This document shows, in pieces, positions 20,001 to 27,154 of a stretch of DNA of 64,000 bases (within the stretch, counting starts at the first letter, position 1; each line of letters begins with the position of its first letter). The stretch is from Caldisericota bacterium. GTDB taxonomy: Bacteria; Caldisericota; Caldisericia; JAAYUI01. A program made the position numbers and the translations under genes. The notes beneath the pieces were generated by a model. That model worked only from the letters and a program-made list of their open reading frames with translations, was not told the origin of the DNA and ran no database searches. Location: positions 64,001 to 128,000 of the forward strand of contig JAKPMO010000004.1 of the NCBI GenBank assembly GCA_029548865.1, in the 5' to 3' direction.

Positions 20001-20840
20001 ATGAGCTTTGTTGCACCAACAAACTCCGGAATATGGGTAATTTCCTCCGGGATTGGTGGTTCGTCGCTTGGTTTTGCAAAAGTTAGATTCGATGCAAAGA
20101 ACCGTTCTATTGATGCAATCGATCCATCCCTTAACTACACATACAACGATCTTCTCGATAACGAGATCAAACCAGCTGCAGCAACATTTGCAAATACTGT
20201 CAAAACCTTTGTTGAAGGACAGAGATCAGCAATGAAAGCTGATGTTGACCGTGTTATCGGAAGAACTGAAACTGGTTTTGATTTCAATGATTCCAATGAG
20301 TCGCTTCTCGGCGATTTCATTACTGAATATGCTTCAGATAAACTCGGTGTTGATATAATCGTTTTCCCATCAGATCAGACCAAGAAAGGTATTGCACCAG
20401 GAAGCATAACAGTCAAAGACGTCTATCAGATTCTACCTATTGATGACACTTGGGTGAAAGGCAAGATTTCTGGAGCCAAGATAAAAGAAATTTGTGAGTC
20501 ATCAGTCTCTGGTGAAAGAGGTGTTCTCCAGCTCTGGGGTCTTTCATTTGTCTTCACAAGGTCAAAAGACCCAGGTAACCGTGTCTCAGAAGCCTATATC
20601 ATCAAGAATGATGAGAAAACCCCGGTTGACACTTCCAAGACATATTCAATTGCCATGCCATCCAGAGAGTATCACACACTCCCAGGTTTTGGCCACGAAG
20701 TTCTAAGGAATGTTACTACTGATGTTAATTCCTCTTGCATTTACCTTAGGAAAACAATATTCGAGTACATCAAGAAACTCACTGAGGCAGGACAGCCAGT
20801 TAACCAGGCAAAGAGGAAATTTGGTTTTGTAGAGCCGTAA
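17076..20840 (+). CDS. Secreted tandem 5'-nucleotidase/CpdB-like protein with central SLH repeats; catalytic motifs degenerate
   Basis: Start at ATG 17076 (SD AAGGAGG); two metallophosphoesterase + 5'-nucleotidase-C units (YTVATNSYIALGQGGY); SLH repeats (MTRAE, VTREE, IKRGE). Confidence 0.85.
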   Translation: MKASITKSLSVFTILALCFGIFSFIPVSIVNAEAVEYLPFSVVFTAGMHGNVKPFDYKGQPNFGGFAKAKTKIDEVRKQVLEDKTWWQYGGNTMVLDIGNTIMGSQTGWFFANTKLSENQKHPTIEAMNAIKYDAMSYGAGEFSLQPAVREQLHTQSSFKWINANVVVGKDRSKLTDEYQMMIYKIPTAAHPLRFGIVGLANPAVFNWEDPNNLTLGSSKLALDDYVEKAREHAESLKETGEKADFIVVMTDLGLQKNADGTWKENELYRMIQEVTHVDFICSSAPGQSIQQEIFTVPEPSGKIHETLVCQLPEDGVTMGRMDFVFEKCTCPVKPFVFRKVNGRRDMKSRFMILDQSVNPDKDIMDKFRPQDSLLKTKFDVRIGESKCEISSTNARRTDNPIAELACNVMMKETDAQFAITDIWSTTATIKKGSFTFGELFNLFPKDSKIYKMTLTGQQLENALSHAATLYHTEADTNFIIGKGFNYYLDIRPGVTDRVGYMMIGNSPIDPKKTYTVATNSYIALGQGGYKFEAKFEPTRKKLLDAIQNYIKEKGGQLSCNTTRNWFVVPDYVDHWANEYIDILISKKIVSGDKYGRYNPDANMTRAEASKILLSIYDLSPSSPAKGKFKDVPKSHWAYGFIEGGVKVGMWSWMGNTFGLNANVTREEVFTNIIFSVGAKAQAEAISPADMAQFEANFADASTCSPWAKKYIAYGTKVGIVGGIAKDGKLYVNPKANIKRGEVATIMAKARFPMVAVMTTSDVRTEIDSTRVDPTNDRKIGGWNGLAYTVGNIRALYDKNVLLDAGGMISGTAWAELAGGKMATGFMNALGYDAMTFGIRDFYLGGETIKARAKEIPQNIAVLAANVEGIDGAKRSVLKNISGIKVGIVGAVDPDTNTYICDGDLAGIKINQIAQSVNAEIKALKSQGAEIVVVIASASGYIELGKSAKDGFKGPAAQLASQLSGANIMFISGAPMSFVAPTNSGIWVISSGIGGSSLGFAKVRFDAKNRSIDAIDPSLNYTYNDLLDNEIKPAAATFANTVKTFVEGQRSAMKADVDRVIGRTETGFDFNDSNESLLGDFITEYASDKLGVDIIVFPSDQTKKGIAPGSITVKDVYQILPIDDTWVKGKISGAKIKEICESSVSGERGVLQLWGLSFVFTRSKDPGNRVSEAYIIKNDEKTPVDTSKTYSIAMPSREYHTLPGFGHEVLRNVTTDVNSSCIYLRKTIFEYIKKLTEAGQPVNQAKRKFGFVEP

Positions 20841-20857
20841 TCAGGAAAGACTAAAGT

Positions 20858-20898
20858 AAATTAAAAAAGGCACCCTTTTGGGGTGCCTTTTTTAATTT
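20858..20898. terminator. Bidirectional intrinsic terminator
   Basis: AAATTAAAAAAGGCACCC-ttttg-GGGTGCCTTTTTTAATTT between convergent genes. Confidence 0.9.
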
Positions 20899-20922
20899 GT
20901 AGAGTTGAGAAATGTAAAACTA

Positions 20923-21636
20923 TTATTTTTCGATTTTTTTGAGTGCTTCTATTGCAGCGTTTTGTTCAGCTTCCTGTTTTGAATTTCCCCAGGCAGTAGC
21001 TATGATATTTTCCCCAACAGAGACTTTTGCTTCAAATCTCATGCAGTGGGCAGGTCCATCGCTCCCAACAATATGGTAATGTGGAAGCCCGAGACCTTCT
21101 TTCTGAGATAACGATTGCAATTCGCTTTTTGGGTCTTCCTTATCTGTCGCCATAGAGATAATCCCCAAAGCATCAAGAAAATCACATGTTTTTTGAAAGC
21201 CTTTTGCAATAAACACAACAGCCACAATAGACTCAAAACAATCGCAGAGAATTGAGTCTCTTTCAGAACCTCCGTTTGCTCTTTCACCCTTTCCCAAAAG
21301 AAGGCAGTGCGGGATCCCCATTTTTCTTGCTGATTTTGCGAGGGCTGGTTGTGAGACTATTGAGGCCCTTGCTCTTGTGAGTTTATCTTCTTGCCAATCT
21401 CTGTGCCTCATATACAAGCGATAGGCCACATAACTGCCCAGGATTGCGTCTCCAAGGTATTCCAGTCTCTGATATGAGGGAGAATCGTTCTCGCTTGTGT
21501 ATGACGGGTGGGTCAAGGCTTCCAGAAAGATTTGCTTATAGCTATTTTGGAGCCCAAGACGCTTGAAAAGAGCTTTTTGCTGGGCTGTTAGATTACTATC
21601 TTGTCTGAGACGAAATTTTTGAAATAAGTTGAGCAT
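20923..21636 (-). CDS. rnc: Ribonuclease III
   Basis: ALTHPS, QRLEYLGDAIL, DCFES, C-terminal dsRBD (SKQEAEQNAA); start uncertain because it overlaps plsX. Confidence 0.96.
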   Translation of the reverse strand: MLNLFQKFRLRQDSNLTAQQKALFKRLGLQNSYKQIFLEALTHPSYTSENDSPSYQRLEYLGDAILGSYVAYRLYMRHRDWQEDKLTRARASIVSQPALAKSARKMGIPHCLLLGKGERANGGSERDSILCDCFESIVAVVFIAKGFQKTCDFLDALGIISMATDKEDPKSELQSLSQKEGLGLPHYHIVGSDGPAHCMRFEAKVSVGENIIATAWGNSKQEAEQNAAIEALKKIEK

Positions 21637-22582
21637 TGCAACAGTTTACAGCTTGTCTAATTGCGGAGGAGATGGCCTTGCCATTCGAACGGCCATGGCA
21701 AATTATTGATATGCCATTCACACCCAAAAGAGGCGCCCCGCCATACTCTGAATAATCCATCATTTTTCTGATATTACCAATTGCTGGTAGCAGAAGCAAT
21801 CCACCCATTTTTGAGCTGAGGGACGTCTTGGCGGCTTTTTTTACCAGACCCATAACGTCGCTTGCGATACCTTCTATCGCCTTGAGTATCACATTTCCAG
21901 TAAAACCATCTGTTATAATTGCGTCTGCATTCCCCTTAAGAACGTCTTTTCCCTCTATGTTCCCAATAAAATTAAGCCCTGATTTTAACAAAAGTTTGTG
22001 TGTGGCCTGTGTAAGTTCTGAGCCTTTTTCTGGCTCTTCACCAATATTAAGAAGCGCCACCCTTGGGTTGTCTATCCCCATTACGTTCTGGCAATAAGCA
22101 GATGACATCTGGGCAAATTCAAGAAGGTTGTTTGGTTTGCAGTCTGATACAGCTCCACCATCACACATCATTGCCAATTTGCCGTTTACCTGTGGAACTG
22201 GCGTTGCCACTCCTGGTCTTTCTATGCCCCTTACGCGACCAAGGATAAATATTGCGGCGGCCAGTTGTGCCCCAGTTGAGCCAGCAGACACGATTGCATC
22301 GCACCTGCCCTCGGCCACCAGTCTTGTTGCTACAAAAATTGAAGCATCCTTCTTGGTCCTGAGGACCTCTGAAGGATGGTCATTCATGGTGACAACTTCT
22401 GTCGTGTGAACTACTGGAAACATAAAAGGCGATTTTTGGATTTTAAGTTCTTCCTCAATCGCCGTTTTGTCGCCAATAAGGGTGATATCAAGTTCCATGG
22501 AGGAGCGGGCAAGTATTGCCCCAGAAATGATTTCCTTGGGGGCGTGGTCGCCCCCCATGGCATCAAGTGCTATCCTTATCAA
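21596..22582 (-). CDS. plsX: Phosphate acyltransferase PlsX
   Basis: IALDAMGGDHAP, SAGSTGA, LLNIGEE, DGFTGN, GGAPLLG, HGRS. Confidence 0.97.
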   Translation of the reverse strand: MIRIALDAMGGDHAPKEIISGAILARSSMELDITLIGDKTAIEEELKIQKSPFMFPVVHTTEVVTMNDHPSEVLRTKKDASIFVATRLVAEGRCDAIVSAGSTGAQLAAAIFILGRVRGIERPGVATPVPQVNGKLAMMCDGGAVSDCKPNNLLEFAQMSSAYCQNVMGIDNPRVALLNIGEEPEKGSELTQATHKLLLKSGLNFIGNIEGKDVLKGNADAIITDGFTGNVILKAIEGIASDVMGLVKKAAKTSLSSKMGGLLLLPAIGNIRKMMDYSEYGGAPLLGVNGISIICHGRSNGKAISSAIRQAVNCCNAQLISKISSQTR

Positions 22583-22791
22583 TCCTGCTCTTCCTTGGAA
22601 GTTTTTACTTTTTTCACTTTCGGTACTACAACAAGCTCTTCATTGTAGAAACCACAATAGGTGCAAACATGATGTGCACGGGTCATTTTTCCGCAATTTT
22701 TGCACTCGACCAGTGCTGGAACGTCAATTTTTTGGTGAGCCCTGCGAAGTCTGCTTCTGCGGGGTGTTACTTTCTTTTTTGGTTCAGGCAT
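22579..22791 (-). CDS. rpmF: 50S ribosomal protein L32 (Zn-binding form)
   Basis: MPEPKKKVT...RRAH...CKNCG...HHVCTYCGFY; start at ATG 22791 with SD GGAGG. Confidence 0.96.
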   Translation of the reverse strand: MPEPKKKVTPRRSRLRRAHQKIDVPALVECKNCGKMTRAHHVCTYCGFYNEELVVVPKVKKVKTSKEEQD

Positions 22792-22828
22792 CTTAATCCT
22801 CCGAGTATTGTTGGTTACGCAAACGGCA

Positions 22829-22856
22829 AGTATATTATCTAACCACGACATGTCAA
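22829..22856 (-). promoter_or_regulatory. Promoter of rpmF-plsX-rnc
   Basis: TTGACA-N16-TATACT. Confidence 0.7.
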
Positions 22857-22859
22857 CCC

Positions 22860-22887
22860 TTGACAGGTGAGAACTCTTTTGTACAAT
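22860..22887 (+). promoter_or_regulatory. Promoter of rpsT
   Basis: TTGACA-N16-TACAAT. Confidence 0.7.
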
Positions 22888-22916
22888 CGCTAAGGTTTTG
22901 AAATATTGGAGGATAC

Positions 22917-23180
22917 ATGCTGAGACATAAAGCACAACAGAAATCAGTCAGGCAATCGGCCAAAAGGCACGAAAGAAACGTGACCCAGAAATCAGCCGCA
23001 AAGACAGCCATAAAGAAAGCCATTGCTTCAATCGGGACCGGTGAAGCAACAACAAATGTACAGATCGCCATTAAGTCGCTAGACAAACTCGAATCCCATG
23101 GCATCATGCACAAGAATGCCGTTGCCAGAAAGAAATCCAGACTTATGGCAAAGCTGAACAAATCTTTGCAACAAGCCTAA
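22917..23180 (+). CDS. rpsT: 30S ribosomal protein S20
   Basis: KTAIKK...LDKLESHGIMHKNAVARKKSRL; convergent with holA. Confidence 0.96.
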   Translation: MLRHKAQQKSVRQSAKRHERNVTQKSAAKTAIKKAIASIGTGEATTNVQIAIKSLDKLESHGIMHKNAVARKKSRLMAKLNKSLQQA

Positions 23181-23201
23181 GCAAAAACTATTGTCAATTA
23201 G

Positions 23202-23234
23202 AGGACCTTTCCCAGGTAGGGAAGGTCCTTTTTT
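23202..23234 (+). terminator. Intrinsic terminator after rpsT
   Basis: AGGACCTTTCCC / GGGAAGGTCCT stem followed by a T tract. Confidence 0.8.
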
Positions 23235-23304
23235 ATTTTACATGGTTTTACTACTGGAGCCATGCTGTTTTATGCAATTGTTTGGTCAATGAGGTCTATA
23301 TTGG

Positions 23305-24294
23305 CTAGTTTCCTGCAAGCTGGAAAAGCGCAGATTCGATTGCAGAAAGGGCATCCGCCATTCCTGTCTTTGCGGCAACATCTGCATTGGCAATGGCCGA
23401 AAGATAAGAGATCAATTCATCTTTTTTGAACTGTGTTGCCGATTCAAGGGCTTTTTTAGCAGCAAATGGGTGGCACTTTAATCTTTCGGCGATCTGTTTT
23501 TCTGTTGCCTTCTGGGACGACATTTCTTTTGCCACAAGTACTCTCATGAAGTGATTGTACAGCATTGCCATGACTCTTTCGGCGGGTTCACCGTTCCGAA
23601 CGAGTCCGTGGAGCAATTTGATTCCCTTCGATGTCTGTTTTGCGCCGAGTGCATCAAAGACCTGAAATACAATGATTTCTGGATTTTCGGGGACCAACTG
23701 TTCGATGTCCTTGCGCGTTGCTGTAGCGCCTTCGCCAAGCCAAGATGCTATCTTTTCGATTTCCCCGGAGAGTGCCACAAGGTCACCCATGGAGCGTTCT
23801 ACCATTATTGATGAAGCATCGTCAGCCACCTGACAGTTTTTTTCCTGGAACTTCTTTTTTACCCATGCCGAGAGCATCTTCTCAGTTAGGCCAGATTCTG
23901 TTATCTGGACAGCTTTTGAAGCTAGGTGTTTTCCCAGCGATGTGGTTTTTGGTATATCTGGCTCAGTGAAAATAACAATATTGGCAGGATTTGCATTTGT
24001 TATTGCATCAGTGATTCTTTTTCCGTCGTCGCCTTTGATCTTTAATGCGCCAGAAACAATTATCACCTTGCCGCCTGAAAGAAGACTTCCGGAGGTAACT
24101 GTAAATACGAAATCATTTATCTCGGTTTCGGTGAGGTCAATGCTGACTTTTGACATCGCCCCACCACCAACAGATGAAGCAATGAGCTCCAGAAATTCAC
24201 GCTCAAGATATGGATTGGAACAGCAAACCCAATAGAGGGATTTTGGCTGTTCCCCTTTTCTGATCTTTCGGAGCTCGTCGGTAAAAGTGTTCAC
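23305..24294 (-). CDS. holA: DNA polymerase III delta subunit
   Basis: 329 aa; GDLVALSGEIEKI, VFQVFDAL, HPFAAKK, ADVAAKTG; next to rpsT. Confidence 0.9.
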   Translation of the reverse strand: MNTFTDELRKIRKGEQPKSLYWVCCSNPYLEREFLELIASSVGGGAMSKVSIDLTETEINDFVFTVTSGSLLSGGKVIIVSGALKIKGDDGKRITDAITNANPANIVIFTEPDIPKTTSLGKHLASKAVQITESGLTEKMLSAWVKKKFQEKNCQVADDASSIMVERSMGDLVALSGEIEKIASWLGEGATATRKDIEQLVPENPEIIVFQVFDALGAKQTSKGIKLLHGLVRNGEPAERVMAMLYNHFMRVLVAKEMSSQKATEKQIAERLKCHPFAAKKALESATQFKKDELISYLSAIANADVAAKTGMADALSAIESALFQLAGN

Positions 24295-25577
24295 GGATAA
24301 TTGTGGTCAAGAAGTCTTGGGAAAGGTGATGCTTCCCTGATGTGTTGTGAGCCGGCAATCCAGGAAGTTGCCCTCTCTATTCCAAGTCCAAAGCCGGAAT
24401 GTGGGAAGGTGCCGTATTTTCTGAGGTCGAGATACCAGTCGAACATCTCCCGTGGGAGATTGTGGTCTGCAATCTTTTTGAGCAAGACATCGAGATTGTC
24501 TTCCCTCTGGGAGCCGCCAATTATTTCACCAACATCCTCCGGGGCTATCATGTCGTCACAGAGAACAACTCTTGGGTCTTCAGGATCTTGTTTCATATAG
24601 AAGGCTTTAACCTGGGCAGGATATTTCTCGATCATTACCGGCCTGTCGAATTTTGATGATACGATACTCTCGTCTGGTGCCCCGAAGTCTCCGCCCCATT
24701 CTATGCTGGAACCTTCCTGCTGGCAGATTTTTACCGCTTCTGTATAGGTTATTCTTGGAAACGGAGTGATAACATGCTGCAAGACTGTCGTGTCCCTTTC
24801 GAGTATTTTAAGCTCTGTTTCGCAATCATGAAGAGCATCCTTTACAATCCTCTCCACGAGCCTTTCTTGTATCTTCATGTTCTCTTCGTGGAGCACAAAT
24901 GCAGCCTCTGGCTCGACCTGCCAGAATTCGATAAGGTGTCTTCTTGTTTTGCTTTTTTCTGCCCTGAATACCGGTCCGAGGCAATAGACTTTTCCAAACG
25001 CCGCCGCTGTAGCTTCGTTGTAAAGCTGGCCAGATTGGCTCAAAAAGGCTGGTTTGCCAAAATAGTCTATCTCAAAGAGTGTTGTGGTTCCTTCACATGA
25101 TGATGGAGTTATGCATGGTGCATCAACGTTCACAAAACCTTCTGAATCGAGAAAATCCCTTATGGATTTTACGATTCTTGCCCTGATGCGAAGCGTTGCC
25201 CACTGTTTTTGGGAACGGAGCCACAGGTGCCTATTGGACATGAGAAATCCCACACCATGCTCTTTTGGTGAAATTGGGAAATCAACAGAATCTCCATATT
25301 TCTCAATTTGTTTGACATCAATTTCAAAAACACCCTTTTGTTTCGGGTTTTCTTTGACTGTACCAACAACAAAGAACGAAGTCTCCTGTGTCAGGTCTCC
25401 TGCCAGCTTGAACTGCTCTGGCGAGAGGTTACCCTGGAAAGCGACACACTGGCAGAAGCCAGTTCCATCCCTTATTACAAGAAACACCAGCTTGCCGGAC
25501 GATCTCGAGTTGTGCAGCCAGCCTGAAATTTTAACATCTTCGCCTACATGTTTTCCGAGTTCAGATATAGTAACCAT
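24291..25577 (-). CDS. asnS: Asparaginyl-tRNA synthetase
   Basis: OB fold, RHLWLRS, FRAEKSKTRRHL, EIIGGSQRE, HSGFGLGIER; start at ATG 25577 with SD AAGGAGG. Confidence 0.97.
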   Translation of the reverse strand: MVTISELGKHVGEDVKISGWLHNSRSSGKLVFLVIRDGTGFCQCVAFQGNLSPEQFKLAGDLTQETSFFVVGTVKENPKQKGVFEIDVKQIEKYGDSVDFPISPKEHGVGFLMSNRHLWLRSQKQWATLRIRARIVKSIRDFLDSEGFVNVDAPCITPSSCEGTTTLFEIDYFGKPAFLSQSGQLYNEATAAAFGKVYCLGPVFRAEKSKTRRHLIEFWQVEPEAAFVLHEENMKIQERLVERIVKDALHDCETELKILERDTTVLQHVITPFPRITYTEAVKICQQEGSSIEWGGDFGAPDESIVSSKFDRPVMIEKYPAQVKAFYMKQDPEDPRVVLCDDMIAPEDVGEIIGGSQREDNLDVLLKKIADHNLPREMFDWYLDLRKYGTFPHSGFGLGIERATSWIAGSQHIREASPFPRLLDHNYP

Positions 25578-25717
25578 GTTCCTCCTTAAGCTATAAAAAG
25601 ATACTATTTGTTGTGAAAAACGCAAGGTAATTTTAAGTTCTTAAGATTACCCCCTTGAAATATGTTGGCCAAATGGATATATAAACCTAAGCTTCAAGAT
25701 TGATTGGAGGATGAAAC

Positions 25718-25963
25718 GTGGTATTGTTCAGGAACATAATGGTAACTGTTGTAATAATCGCCGGAATCGGAATGGTGTTCGGCTACATAGTTTCATCACC
25801 AAAAGCATCTGGTCTTGGTGCCATTGGTGGCACTGCTCAGAAGTTTAAGGTGAGGAAATCACGCGACTTATTTCTGGACAAGCTGATTCTCTGGAGTGCC
25901 CTTATATTTGGGGTTTGCGCCTTCGTTCTTTCTATTGTCGATCCATCAATCTGGACTATGTAG
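25718..25963 (+). CDS. secG: Preprotein translocase subunit SecG
   Basis: Two TM segments joined by the PKASGLGAIGG loop; followed by tRNA-Leu(GAG), as in E. coli secG-leuU. Confidence 0.9.
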   Translation: MVLFRNIMVTVVIIAGIGMVFGYIVSSPKASGLGAIGGTAQKFKVRKSRDLFLDKLILWSALIFGVCAFVLSIVDPSIWTM

Positions 25964-25970
25964 TTTGTTT

Positions 25971-26055
25971 GCCGAGGTGGCGGAATTGGTAGACGCGTAC
26001 GTTTGAGGGGCGTATGGGGAGACCTGTGCGGGTTCAAGTCCCGCCCTCGGCACCA
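25971..26055 (+). tRNA. tRNA-Leu(GAG)
   Basis: Acceptor GCCGAGG/CCTCGGC, anticodon loop TTGAGGG, long variable arm, TTCAAGT, encoded CCA. Confidence 0.97.
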
Positions 26056-26065
26056 CTTAAAAACC

Positions 26066-26092
26066 AAAAGGCCGGCTTTTGCCGGCCTTTTT
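26066..26092 (+). terminator. Intrinsic terminator after tRNA-Leu
   Basis: AAAAGGCCGGC-tttt-GCCGGCCTTTTT. Confidence 0.9.
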
Positions 26093-26185
26093 CATTTTTG
26101 GTAAAATGTGTTTTGTCATCCTGGCACAAGAAAAGAGTTCTTCAAACCGGTAGTTTTTGTTACCAATGGTCAAACGTAAGTAATC

Positions 26186-26213
26186 TTGACGTGAAAGAAG
26201 TAGACGCTAAAAT
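26186..26213 (+). promoter_or_regulatory. Promoter of tRNA-Val
   Basis: TTGACG-N16-TAAAAT. Confidence 0.7.
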
Positions 26214-26224
26214 ATTTTTGTTCT

Positions 26225-26299
26225 GGGCGGATAGTTCAGCGGTAGAACGCTTGCCTTACACGCAAGAAGTCACAGGTTCGAATCCTGTTTCGCCCACCA
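26225..26299 (+). tRNA. tRNA-Val(TAC)
   Basis: Acceptor GGGCGGA/TTCGCCC, anticodon arm CTTGC-CTTACAC-GCAAG, TTCGAAT, CCA. Confidence 0.97.
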
Positions 26300-26389
26300 T
26301 TTTTCGATCCTCTTAACTCTAATACCCAACAATCTTTATCTTAAATGTATAATCATTTGCTAACAGTATTGCCCTAGCATTTTTTTGAA

Positions 26390-26839
26390 ATGACAATGAA
26401 AAACCAGAATAAGGTAGTTGCATACATCACAAGAGGTACAAAACTTCTCGTTTTTGATCATGCCAATTTTCCAGAAGTTGGGACACAAGTGCCGGCAGGG
26501 ACGATTGAAGATGGTGAAACACCGACTTTTGCAGTGATGAGGGAAGTCTTTGAGGAAACTGGTCTGAACAAGCTCTACCTTAGGGATTTTCTTGGTATGC
26601 AAACACTGGTGTTGGAAAAGCCTGAAGGAAAGATGTTAATCAACAGGCATTATTATCATTTTGAAGTCCCGGATGATGTTCCGGATACATGGGCCCATTA
26701 TGAAACAAAGCCAAGTGATGGCTCATTCGACCTGATCCTTTTCAATTTCAGGTGGGTTGATTTTTCAAAAGACAATATAACCTTGGCAGGCAAGCAGGAT
26801 TTTTTCTTGCGTCTTTTAGGCAATAAATTAAAAAAGTAA
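26390..26839 (+). CDS. NUDIX hydrolase
   Basis: Nudix box GTIEDGETPTFAVMREVFEETGL. Confidence 0.92.
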   Translation: MTMKNQNKVVAYITRGTKLLVFDHANFPEVGTQVPAGTIEDGETPTFAVMREVFEETGLNKLYLRDFLGMQTLVLEKPEGKMLINRHYYHFEVPDDVPDTWAHYETKPSDGSFDLILFNFRWVDFSKDNITLAGKQDFFLRLLGNKLKK

Positions 26840-26904
26840 AACAATAAAATATTGTATTAATGATTAATTTGTTACTCTTCTCCAGGTCAGCTTAGCGTTC
26901 TTAA

Positions 26905-26934
26905 TTGACAAACTGTTTGGGCCTTGCTTATAAT
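26905..26934 (+). promoter_or_regulatory. Promoter of tRNA-Asp
   Basis: TTGACA-N18-TATAAT. Confidence 0.75.
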
Positions 26935-26949
26935 ACGTGGACGTTTCGC

Positions 26950-27025
26950 GGGGTCGTGGTGTAGCGGTCAACACGCCAGCCTGTCACGCTGGAGACCGGG
27001 GGTTCGAATCCCCTCGATCCCGCCA
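26950..27025 (+). tRNA. tRNA-Asp(GTC)
   Basis: Acceptor GGGGTCG/CGATCCC, anticodon arm CCAGC-CTGTCAC-GCTGG, discriminator G, CCA. Confidence 0.97.
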
Positions 27026-27099
27026 AATAGCCAACTCAGAAAAATCAAATCTCCCAAAAAATCAGATTAAAACTGGGCATTCAGACCTTTCCAAATTTG

Positions 27100-27127
27100 T
27101 TGACTGGATTGCATTTCAACCTATAAT
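27100..27127 (+). promoter_or_regulatory. Promoter of the protease cluster
   Basis: TTGACT-N16-TATAAT, then SD GGAGG and ATG 27155. Confidence 0.7.
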
Positions 27128-27154
27128 TCCCAACCAAATGACTTTGGAGGTCCA

